Shown: positions 48,910 to 60,118 of the stretch, piece by piece
Layout of the letters: every line of letters begins with the position of its first letter
Position numbering within the stretch: the stretch's first letter is position 1
NCBI RefSeq assembly: GCF_006345805.1
Contig: NC_043002.1
Location: forward strand, 57,102,001-57,166,000
DNA from: Octopus sinensis
Lineage: Eukaryota
DNA length: 64,000 nucleotides
Direction: 5' to 3'
Made by a program: the position numbers and the translations under genes
Notes under the pieces: model-generated
What the model was told of the DNA's origin: nothing
What the model saw: only the letters and a program-made list of their open reading frames with translations
The model's database searches: none

Positions 48910-49769
48910 ATATATATATACTAGCATTATGACCCGTCGTTGCCGGGTCATTGTGCTAGTGCATGTATATGTGTGTATATATATGTGTACATATTACATC
49001 TACATTTATATATATACATTTACACATAAAATACTAAATACAAAGTTATATCTTGATATCGCTAGTGATAACAATACTCAAAATATATAACAGACTGGAA
49101 TTGTAAGCCCGTCTCTTGCAATTTCGACCAATTGTATCTTGTCCTCCCTCTTGTATAGAAGTGTGGCTATAATCCAGCCTACCTCAACTTCTGGCGGTGG
49201 GGGGGCATTTAAAATTTTTATCTGGCACGTCCTACGTCCCAGATATAAAGGTAAAAATAAAATATTTCCACTTTGCAAGTTCGAGTCGAGTACTCCTTTG
49301 CACGCTCCGTTGACTCGAACCTTGCTTCTATTGTGGCGAATTTACCGCCTCTGCTTAGGTAGCTTTCATAGTCGCACCAAGATACTTTTCGATGGTGCTT
49401 TCCTCCAGGTGTTCAAATCTTCTTTTTTCTCTACATCGTATACTTTATAGACAATAGTCTTTTCTTTAATTTAATTTTTTATTATCCATCTGGACTATTC
49501 CATTTTTACACGCTAATTTTAGTTTTAATTTATTCCCATTCATGTGAAACCACTTATTCAAGTTCAAGTCATTGATGCAATTTTATACCAATTGCTTATT
49601 TTACTTTTGTTATTTTACGATTATATTATACTTTAGTTTGATTTTAATTATTACTTACTACAAATAATTCAATTGTTATTATTATTTTTATTGTTAAAGT
49701 GAAAGTATCTGACATAAAATAGAGAAATGTTTTTGTTTCACTTTTAACTTGTAATACTGAAATAGTGGA

Positions 49770-50118
49770 GAAGATATGATATTGCTATGGGCTCGCTCCA
49801 GGCAAGAAGTTAAACAAACATTTTTTTGCCCATGAAACTACATGGATCCTAAGTAAGGCATGTGTAAAGTTTGAATGAAATTGGTTGTGTAGTTCTCAAG
49901 TTTTAGGGAATCGTAGTGGAGAAGATAATATATTGCTGTGGGCTCGCCCTAGGCAAAGAGTTAAAAAAACTTTTTGCCGATGACACTCCCCGGATTCTAA
50001 GTAAGGCATTGTAAAATTTGAATGACATTGGTTGTGAAGTTCTCAAGTTTTAGGGAAACACACAGACAGACAGACAGACACATTCTCAGTTTTATATATA
50101 TATATATATATATATATT
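49770..50118 (+). mobile_element. Helitron/Helentron-like non-autonomous fragment with two approximately 140-bp tandem units
   Basis: Duplicated tagtggagaagat...gggctcgc...aaagtttgaatgaaattggttgtg.agttctcaagttttaggga units ending in (GACA)n cattctcagttttatatata, an ending typical of DINE-like elements. Confidence 0.5.
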
Positions 50119-50549
50119 GGCGTATTGAAGTATACACAAAAAGAATTAGACCTCAATATATCAAATAGAGGATAGTTTAATAATATATAAATATATATAC
50201 AATACAAAAGTACATGCATATATACATATATACATTCTCATGCATATATATATATAAATATACACACACATACAATATATATGTATATAAGAAAAACAGA
50301 AGTTGAAAATGCACTGAGAATACACACAAACAATAAGAAACGAAGGAAAAAACGATTCCTTCAAAGGGGTCTGAAACATCCAAATCACTGGTAGGGCAGT
50401 TGAATACCACAGATATAGGGGTATAAATACAAGTTACAGATAGAGAAATACAATTGACAATGTAACGATTTATTTACATTATAATATAATATAATATACT
50501 ATAAAATATAATATAGTATAAAATAACATGACCAATTTAAGAAAAAAAC

Positions 50550-50633
50550 AAAGCCAACAATTTGTTTACACACTGTACATTATTTGATTTATAAACAATT
50601 CATATCTATGTATACAAGTCTCTTCAGGGCCTT
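50550..50633 (-). ncRNA. Decayed type-I hammerhead (left palindrome arm)
   Basis: aaggcc CUGAAGA gacuuguauacau...auguacaguguguAAAC aaauuGUU ggcuuu: stem I perfect, G12 and the base of stem II lost. Confidence 0.5.
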
Positions 50634-50881
50634 AGTTCACAAAGACAGATGAAATTTCACGTAAAAAATTGCATAATGCTGATTCTGAATGCCTATGTCC
50701 CGGAGCGTGAGCGTTAACAGTTCAAATGCATAAGTACAATAAAAGAACAACAAAATTCAAATGGATAGAATAATTAAGTAAAGAAAATTTACAATGGTCC
50801 AAAAAGGTTTTTGTATTTCCCCAATAATATTAATCTAAATGTATTTAAATCGAAAATAATCACTGGCCATTTTAATGATAT

Positions 50882-50915
<34 letters not shown>

Positions 50916-50920
50916 GGGTA

Positions 50921-50973
<53 letters not shown>

Positions 50974-50975
<2 letters not shown>

Positions 50976-53518
50976 GCACAAAGGATCCGCCGGTACGAGA
51001 AACGCCAACATTTCTTTGAACAAAACAAACAGTTCAACTCCAACCGCCAAAAGTTCTACCAAGAACTTGGCAAAAATAAAATAGAAATCACTGCAGCACC
51101 AACGGCAGAAGTGGAAGAATTCTGGAGAGAAATATGGTCGGCGAACGAACAACCAAAAAAAAAAGGAGTATTAAAACAACAAACTCAGCATCTGAGCAAC
51201 TTTGGACCCCCATAACAACTGAAGAGGTCACCCAGGCACTGCAAAGACTAAGCAACTGGAAGGCACCTGGGCATGACAAGATCCCCAATTTCTGGTTGAA
51301 ATATCTAACAGGAATGCACAAAAAGCTGGCTGAAAATTTTAACAACATACTGGCAGAGCCAGAGACAATGCCTGAATGGCTCACGAAGGGGAAAACCATC
51401 TTAATTCCCAAATCAAATGAGACAGCAAAACCTGAAAACTACAGACCTATAACCTGTCTCCCTACAATGTACAAAGCATTTACTGCAGTAATATCGCAAA
51501 GATTGAACAAGCACCTGGACGAAAACAACCTGTTTCCAGAAAAGCAGAAAGGATGCCGCAAAGGCTCATATGGCTGTAAAGATCAACTAATGATCAATAA
51601 AGCCATAACTGAAGACAGCCACAGAAAGAAGAAAGGCCTCAGTATGGCCTGGATCGACTACAAAAAGGCGTTTGATAGCATCCCCCACACATGGATTCTC
51701 GAAACACTAGCCATGAACAAAGTTGCACCAACAACTATAAAGTACATAGAACACTCTATGAATAAATGGCAAACAGTGCTACAGCTCCAAACAAAAGAGG
51801 GACTTGTGAAAACCAAAGCCATCCCCATTAGAAGAGGAATATTCCAGGGAGATACGCTCTCTCCACTTCTTTTCTGCTTGGCACTGTCACCTCTATCGGA
51901 TATGCTAAACAGAACTGGATGCGGATATAAATGTTACGGCAAAAAGATCAGCCACCTTTTATATATGGATGACCTAAAACTATACGCAACAAATGACAAA
52001 CAGCTGGAAACACTACTAAAGACAGTTCATGGATTTACCAAAGAAATAGATATGAAATTTGGATTAGAGAAATGCGCCAAAGTAACCCTGAAAAGAGGAA
52101 AACTAATTAAGAGTAGCAACATCACACTAGATAAAACCAATGAAATAAAAGAATTAGACCAAAGCCAAACTTACAAATACTTAGGAATCCATGAACTAGA
52201 TAAGACAACACACACAAATGAAAGAGAAAGTAAAAAAAGAATATTATAGACGAGTTAGATCAATACTGAAAACAGAGCTCAATGCTAAAAACAAGATAAT
52301 AGGTATTAACACTTTAGCCGTCCCAGTTATAAGTTACAGCTACAATATCCTTAACTGGACACTAAATGAACTGACCAAAATAGATAGGAAAACAAGAAAA
52401 ATAATGACAGGATCTAGGAGGCATCACCCAAAATCTGACATAGAAAGGCTATATATACAACGTATAGATGGTGGTAGAGGCCTTATACAGCTGGAAAACT
52501 ACTATAAAATAACCATCATATGACTGCAAAATATCTACTTCAGAAGGAAGGAAAACTGATACAAATAGCGGCAAAACACGAGCAAAACAAAAAACTGTTC
52601 TCGGTATTTAAGGAAGCTGATAAATACAAACAAGAAATCATACCACCTAACAAATATGAAGAAGAAGAAGAAGATGAAGAAACAACAAAAGCTATAAAAC
52701 AAATGAAATCCAAACTAAAAATAGAACAGCAACGAACCATGATAAAACGATGGCAAGAAAAGCCCCTTCATGGCAAATACTGGACTAAACTAAATGCAAA
52801 AGAAATAGACAAAGAAAAATCCCAACAATGGTTGAGAAGCTCAGCACTCAAAGCAGAGACAGAAGGATTTTTAATTGCAGCACAAGACCAAAGCCTCCCC
52901 ACCAGAAATTACCAAAAACATATAATGAAAAGAAATATAACAAGTAACTGCACAATATGTGGAGATGGACAAGAAACAATAAATCATATTATCTCTGGCT
53001 GCCCAGTCCTGGCTAAGAAGGAATATATTCACAGACACGACAGAGTTGGGACCTATATACACTGGAAACTATGCCAACATTATGGAATAACAACAGAAAA
53101 AAGATGGTATAGGCACACACCAGAAAAGGTAACAGAAAACGAGAAAGCAACCATACTCTGGAATATGCCAATACACACAGATAGAGAAATTAAGGCCAAC
53201 AGACCAGATATAGTTGTCAGAGATCATGAAGGAAAAAAATGTTTTCTAATTGATGTATCAATACCAGCGGATGACAACGTTTCTCTAAAAGAAATGGAGA
53301 AACTTTCAAAATACAAAGACCTGGAAATAGAGGTAACCGGAATGTAGAATCTAAAAACAGAAACAATTCCTATCATAATAGGTGCATTAGGCATGATAAA
53401 AAAATATTCAGACAAATACATAACAAAAACACCAGGACTTACAAACACATATAACATACAGAAAATTGCACTACTAGGCACTGCACACATCCTACGCAGA
53501 ACACTTTCCATACAATAA
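50974..53518 (+). pseudogene. Disrupted single ORF of the R4/Dong element
   Basis: Pieces from about 50974, 51134-52249, 52218-52523, 52520-53347 and on to TAA at 53518; frameshifts near 51150, 52215 and 52530; TGG>TAG at 53345. Confidence 0.88.
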
Positions 53519-53614
53519 CCATCAGAGCATCACAACAAATCACAGCACATACCCAAGGCACACAGAGCTGCGCTCGGTAGTGAAGTGAAAGCACGATATA
53601 AAAATATACTACTG
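50974..53614 (+). mobile_element. 5'-truncated R4/Dong-clade non-LTR retrotransposon (RT + restriction-like endonuclease) within (TAA)n
   Basis: RT motifs NWKAPGHD, NYRPITCL, WIDYKKAFDSIPH, RGIFQGDTLSPLLF, HLLYMDDLKL, YKYLG; zinc motif CTICGDGQETINHIISGC; RLE motif RPDIVV...IDVSIP...EKLSKY. (TAA)n on both sides (50919-50975 and 53615-53680), the known target type of Dong-like elements. Confidence 0.93.
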
Positions 53615-53630
53615 AATAATAATAATAATA

Positions 53631-53680
<50 letters not shown>

Positions 53681-54300
53681 GCAATATGTCGGCATTATAA
53701 AATGAAAACCGCTGACAAATGGTAATAACACCATCCTGAAGCTGTGACTGAGGGAGAAAATGTGTCAATTTTCTTGGACTTCCCCGTACATACTGACAAA
53801 ACTATAGAAGCTAATAAACCGGATATTATTATAAAAGATCAGACAAAAAAAGGTGTATTTATTAATTGACATGAGTATTCCTTGCAATCACAATATAATG
53901 GCGAAAGAATTTGACAAGATCAGTAAATATAAAGACTTGCTAATAGAAATTGAAAAGATGTGGCATCTCAAGGCGACTACAGTACCAGTGATTGTAGGAT
54001 CTCTAGGAATTATAAAAAAAGGTACTGAAACATATTTGAAAATGATACCAGGCTTACCATTCCTACAGGAAGTGCAAAAAACCGTGTTAACTGGAACGAC
54101 TCATGTACTGAGAAGAGCATTATTGCTGTGAAAACAACATCCATTCATGAATTTATTTGTTTATTAATTCTTTTAAATATATATTTTACCTGTAAATTTG
54201 CGTGTGTAATCTGGGAATGCATACAATGAGCTTCTCTGCCTTAGGTGTACGGAAAACACCCGGCGAGAAATGGAAGAAAATGTGAAGAAAGAAGGAAAAA
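53681..54300 (+). mobile_element. Second R4/Dong-type 3' fragment (endonuclease end + 3' UTR)
   Basis: DFPVHTDKTIEANKPDIII...IDMSIP...KISKYKDLLIEIEKMWHLKATTVPVIVGSLG...VLRRAL. Confidence 0.88.
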
Positions 54301-54919
54301 TATATAAATAATAAATAATCAGAATTTTACTTAGTTTTAGAGACCGATAAATCATGTAAATCCATATTTATTCTATAAATATGCCTATACATGTTCGAAA
54401 GAACGTATTTCTAGTATATCAACTAATTATTTATTCGTATGTGCTACTTTTCATATATTTATGATCAGTCAAAGTAAATATATATAAATTATATGTAATG
54501 GCAATATATAATAACTCCTCTCATTTATTTATTGTTATTGATATAAAAATTATTCAAAGTAACTAACAAATTATGGTCCTCATTTACGTAGTTTATCGAA
54601 GGGAGAACTCCGTAAATAAAATAAACAAAAACACAGATCTACGATAATTATAACCTATATCATTTCTTAGATAAAGAGATAATAAAATATAAATAAGAAA
54701 CGAGAGGCGTTATTATATATTGTCATTATATATAATTTATATATATTTACTTTGACTGATCATAAATATATGAAAAGTAGCACATACGAATAAATTGATA
54801 TACTAGAAATACGTTCTTTCGAACATGCATAGGCATATCTTTAGAATAAATATGGATTTACACGATTTATCGGTCTCTAAAACTAAGTAAAACTCTGATA
54901 TTTTATTTATTTATTTATA

Positions 54920-54961
<42 letters not shown>

Positions 54962-55341
54962 TTTTTTTTTCTTCTTTCAAATTTTCTGCCATTTCTTGCC
55001 GAGTGTCTTCCCGACTCCTAGGGCAAAGAAACTCATAGTGTATATTGGTAGGCCATTAAACCAAACTCAGTAGTTCGTTAATTTTTTTTTTTTTTAAGTT
55101 AAATTAAAATTAAAATACATGAGCAGCAACAGTTCTCACATCGACAATGCTCTTCTCAATACGTGTGATGTACCAGTTAAGACAATCTTTTGCACTTCTT
55201 GCAGGGATGGTAAGCCAGGGATCATTCTCATATAATTTTCGGTTCCCTTCTTGATCATTCCTAGTGCTCCTACGATCACTGGTATTGTAACCGCCTTGAG
55301 ATGCCACATTTTCTCAATTTCAATGAGTAGGTCTTTATATT
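54962..55341 (-). mobile_element. Third R4/Dong-type 3' fragment
   Basis: KYKDLLIEIEKMWHLKAVTIPVIVGALGMIKKG...HVLRRALSM plus 3' UTR, bounded by TTA repeats. Confidence 0.88.
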
Positions 55342-55350
55342 TTATTATTA

Positions 55351-55417
<67 letters not shown>

Positions 55418-55432
55418 CATCATCATCATCAT

Positions 55433-55640
55433 TTCTTTGCACAGCTTCTAACGCTTATTTTCTTAGCACCTTCCGGAGTAATCGAGCGGTTCCAAGCAGT
55501 GGTGTTTTCTGTAAGTGCTCCACCCTTATTGCAGCCCCTATTTGTCCCATGTACTCCTCGAGATTTTTACTCACTGTTCCCAGGGCTCCGATAATTATTG
55601 GTACTACTACCACCACCTTTTTCATCGACCACAACTGCTT
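55433..55640 (-). mobile_element. Fourth R4-type 3' fragment, different subfamily
   Basis: Minus strand IKQLWSMKKVVVVVPIIIGALGTVSKNLEEYMGQIG...LQKTPLLGTARLLRKVL. Confidence 0.8.
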
Positions 55641-55641
55641 A

Positions 55642-55687
<46 letters not shown>

Positions 55688-55951
55688 TATTATTATTATT
55701 AGTATTAGTATTATCATATATCGATTATTTTCGATTTAAATACACTTAGATTAATATTATTGGAGAGATATAAAAAACCCTTTTTGACCGTTGTAAATTT
55801 TCTTTACATAATTATTTTATCCATTTGAATTTTGTTGTCCTTTTATTGTACTTATGTATTTGAACTGTTAAAACTCACGCTCCAAGACATAGGCATTCAG
55901 AATCAGTATTTTGCAATCTTTTACATGAAATTCCATCTGTCTTTTTGAACC

Positions 55952-56036
55952 AAGGCCCTGAAGAGACTTGTATACATAGACATGAATTGTTTATAAATCA
56001 AATAATGTATAGAAGTCGAAGCAAATTGTTGACTTT
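55952..56036 (+). ncRNA. Type-I hammerhead with long stem II (right palindrome arm), one core mutation
   Basis: aaggcc CUGAAGA GACUUGUAUACAU [loop] AUGUAUAGAAGUC GAAG caaauuGUU gacuuu; 13-bp stem II with one mismatch, GAAG instead of GAAA. Confidence 0.55.
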
Positions 56037-56126
56037 ATTTATTTTATGTTATATTTTATAGTATAGTATAACATATTATAATGGAAATAAATTGTTAGAT
56101 TGTCAATTGTATTTCTCTCTCTCTCT

Positions 56127-56176
<50 letters not shown>

Positions 56177-56184
56177 TTATATCA

Positions 56185-56471
56185 TTAAAATCACAATAAG
56201 GGTGAAAAAAATTGAATATTAATAACATCAATTTAAAACACCAAGTGGCCTAGCATATAAAGACTGGGATACAGTAAAAATTATTAATACAAGTAACCCG
56301 GATGTAAATACTACCCCAGTAATTTACTGCTGGTTTGAGAACATATTAATTTATAATTAAAATCACAATAAGGGTGAAAAAATTGAATATTAATTAATAA
56401 CATCAATTTAAAATACCAAGTGGCCTAGCGTATAAAGACTGGGATACAGTAAAAATTATTAATACAAGTAA
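56185..56471. repeat. Local direct duplication of about 110 bp
   Basis: attaaaatcacaataagggtg...attaatacaagtaa at 56185-56295 and about 56356-56471. Confidence 0.9.
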
Positions 56472-57183
56472 TGAGAGAGAGTATATATATAATTGTAACA
56501 TAACAAAAGTAAAAATAGCAATTGGTATAGAATTGCATCAATGACTTGAACTTGAATAAGTGGTTACACATGAATGGGAATAAATTAAAAATAAAATTAG
56601 CGTGCAGAAATGGAATAGTCCAGATGGATAATAAAAAATTAAATTAAAGGAAAGACTATTGTCTATAAAGTATACAATGTAGAGAAAAAAGAAGATTTGA
56701 ACACATGGAGGAAAGCACCTTCGAAAAGTGTCTTGGTGCGACTATGGTTCGAGTCAACGGAGCGTGCAAGGGAGTACTCGACTCGAACTTGCAAAGTGGA
56801 AATATTTTATTTTTACCTTTATATCTGTGACGTAGGACGTCCCGGTAAAAAATTTAAAATGCGCCCCGCCTCCCAGACGTAGAGGTAGGCTGGATTGTAG
56901 CCACACTTCTATACAAGAGGGAGGACAAGATACAATTGATCGAAATTACAAGAGACCGGCTATCAATTCCAGTCTGTTATATATTTTGAGTATTGTTATC
57001 ACTAGCGATATCAAGATATAACTTTGTATTTTATGTGTAGATGTATATATATATATATGTGCATGTAATATGTACACATATATATACACATACATACATG
57101 CACTAGCACAATGACCCGGCAACGACGGGCCTTTAATGCTAGTATATATATATAGCATATTAAATAGAGAAATATATATATAT

Positions 57184-57231
<48 letters not shown>

Positions 57232-57240
57232 TATATATAC

Positions 57241-57454
57241 TCTTTAACTCTGTTACACGTTTAAGTCATTTGACATCGACCATGCTGAAGCACCATCTTT
57301 AGTTGAAGAAATCGCCCCCAGGATTTAATCTTTATAAACCTAGTACTTATTCTATCGGCCTCTTTTTCCGAATTGCTAAATTACGAGGACAGTAACACAC
57401 CAACATCGGTTATCAATCGATCATGGAGGGACAAACATAGACACATAAACGTAT

Positions 57455-57491
<37 letters not shown>

Positions 57492-57830
57492 CATATATAT
57501 GACGGGCCTCTTTCAGTTTCCGTCTACCAGATCCTCTCACAAGGCTTTGGTCGGCCCAAAGCTATAGTAGAAGACACTCGGTTAAGGTGTCACGCAGTGG
57601 GTCTGAACACGGAACCATGTGGTTGGTAAGCAAGCTACTTACCACACAACCACTATATATGTATATATTCTACACACACATCATGTGGCTGTGTGATAAG
57701 AATCTTGCGTCTCAACCACATGGTTTAGGTTTCAGTCTCCCTGGGTAAGTATCTTCTGCTATACCCTCGGGTTGATCAAGGCCTTGTGAGTAGATTTAGT
57801 AGACGGAAACTGAAAGAAGCCCGTCGTATA
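57241..57830. mobile_element. Head-to-head SINE family 1 pair (57241-57655 minus; 57682-57830 plus)
   Basis: aaggtgtcacgcagtggg.ctgaac.cggaaccatgtggttggtaagcaagc, then catgtggctgtgtgataagaatc...gacggaaactgaaagaagcccgtc. Confidence 0.8.
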
Positions 57831-57861
57831 CACACACACACACACACACACACCACACACA

Positions 57862-57902
<41 letters not shown>

Positions 57903-57954
57903 ATATATATATATATATATTATATATATATATATCTCAAAAATACAAAATGGG

Positions 57955-58560
57955 ATCGCAAAACATCCAGGCAGACGATACAAAGAAACCAAGGACGGGT
58001 CATTTGAAGTGTTCTTTCCTTAGTCAAGTACCAGATTAACTTCGCAATTTCGGCTGATTATACTTGAGATTGCTCCAATCTGGCCAGCCCCAAGGAAAAA
58101 CTAAGCTAAGAGCATTAGATTCCTTGGAAGAAAGCAGCGAATATATACAAAAACAAGGACGGAAAAAACAGACAATGTTACACAAATACCATAAAATAAA
58201 CAGGATATAACAACAGATCTCTTTCGACTAAGGACGAATTAAATTAAGCTGGCGTGTGTGGAAATTAAGCCTTACGGTAGGGATACAAGATTTCACAAAC
58301 ACAATGAGGAATATCGATATTGCACGGACAACGACCAGACCAAGAAAGAAAGCTTGGCCGAACGCCGGTCACGTGAGAAGAGAAGAGGGAGAAGTAGAAG
58401 CAGAGGAACAGAAGAACTAAGGAGGGGCGAGAAAAAATTACAGGGACACAGTGAAGTGAAAAGTGGAGGGAAAGTGAGCAAGAAGAGAAGGCAGAGAAAT
58501 GTGAGAGAGGGGGAAACGAAAGAACGAAGAGTGGAATGAACGAATAAGCGTGACAGAATA
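57955..58560. mobile_element. Uncharacterised dispersed repeat (possibly Penelope-LTR-like), related copy at about 59745-60118 continuing at about 61856-62120
   Basis: Shared gatt/tatttgctccaa..(c/t)ggccagcccc..aaaaactaagct..agcattagatt and purine-rich downstream tract in both places; family assignment is a guess. Confidence 0.45.
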
Positions 58561-59080
58561 TTGACAGAATATAGGTATATGTTTGTGTATCTGTGTTTGT
58601 CCCCCACCATTATCACCTGACAACCGATGTTGATGTGTTTACACTTCCGTAACTTAGCCGTTCGGCAAAAGAGACCGATAGAATAAGTACTAGGCTTACA
58701 AAGAATAAGTCCTGGGGTGTATTTGTTTGACTAAAGGCGGTGCTCCAGCATGACCGCTGTCACATGACTGAAACAAGTAAAACAATAAAACAATACATAC
58801 ACTCAAGGTATATGTAGGTTATACCCGCACACACACACATAGATATACGTGTAGATACGTATATAGATATACTTATCTATATACATACATATGCATCTCC
58901 CTACAACAGGTATACGTTCATAAGATAAGGTGTGATGGATAATTTTACAAACATACTACAACAACAACGACGATAACATAGAACGTAACAATATCACTAT
59001 TGTTTGTCTCATCAGATAACAGCAGAGTATATGAAACAGGATAAAATATTGTCTGACTTATATCAGATAAGGGTACGATA

Positions 59081-59194
<114 letters not shown>

Positions 59195-59235
59195 ACATTT
59201 CATACACACACCCATATATATATAATTATTGTCAA

Positions 59236-59478
59236 AGGTATCTAAAAGATACCATCATGCTAGAGATAGCAGTTAAAACTTGACTCTAAAACCACATCAA
59301 ATATTCATAGACCACCAGGAGAGAAGACAAAGAGACCAAATAAACTAGCAAAAAATTATTTTTTGCTACTTCATTTTGTCTCTTTGTCTTCTCTCCTGGT
59401 GCTGTATGAATATTTGATGTGGTTTTAGAGTCAAGTTTTGACTGCTATTTCTAGCATGATGGTATCTTTTAGATACCC
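59236..59478. repeat. Near-perfect hairpin, about 120-bp stem, 3-nt loop
   Basis: Centre tagcaaaaaa-tta-ttttttgcta (59346-59368); the arms ggtatctaaaagataccatcatgctag... match with few mismatches. Confidence 0.93.
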
Positions 59479-59615
59479 TTAATTATAATTTTACCAATAA
59501 TTATTACCCAAGAGATTTTTATTCCCATGCTAGCCACCTGATATGATCGCTATTTAAAATAACGATCTTATCCTTAATTATATAAATTTATTATATATAT
59601 ATATATATATATATA

Positions 59616-59657
<42 letters not shown>

Positions 59658-60118
59658 TATTATATATATATATATATATATATTATAATATATATATATA
59701 TATATAATATATATATATATAAGAATGAATGTTTTTATATATAATGAACGTGAAATACAGGAAGGGACGAACACGGAACACAGACAAATCATTCGAAGCC
59801 TTCAATCTTCAGTCAGACACCGAATCATCATAGCAAATTTCGACTGTTCAATTCTGATATTTGCTCCAACTCGGCCAGCCCCCCCAAAAAAAACTAAGCT
59901 GTAAGCATTAGATTTCTTGGTAGAAGACAGGAATGTGAACGCACAAGACGGATGTGAATACAAGAGACGAAAACGAAATTGAAAACAGTAATGAATAAAC
60001 AAAATATATATAACGGTGGTTGTCATACAACTTTAGACCAAATGAGACAAAAACAACAACAACAACATAGCTGGCGTAGAAATAATTACCGTTTCGGTAG
60101 CGGGGACACATGTTGGTC

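Larger units (their letters stand above)
48920..57143. repeat. Large interrupted palindrome (A-B-[TAA]-D-loop-D'-[TTA]-B'-A')
   Basis: A 48920-49628 pairs with A' 56485-57143; B 50441-50880 with B' 55700-56120; D 54301-54540 with D' 54680-54925; loop about 140 bp. Arms are roughly 85-90% identical by eye. Confidence 0.9.

Noticed and set aside
50835-51152. Poly-L/S, poly-D/N, poly-Y/H ORFs
   Set aside because: Translations of (GAT)n and (TAA)n microsatellites.
56925-56950. GAC...(G/A)TC GAAA in palindrome block A as a hammerhead
   Set aside because: No CUGANGA core upstream in either arm.
58258-58539. 93-aa R/E/K-rich ORF
   Set aside because: Purine-rich low-complexity tract inside a dispersed repeat; no splice or domain support.
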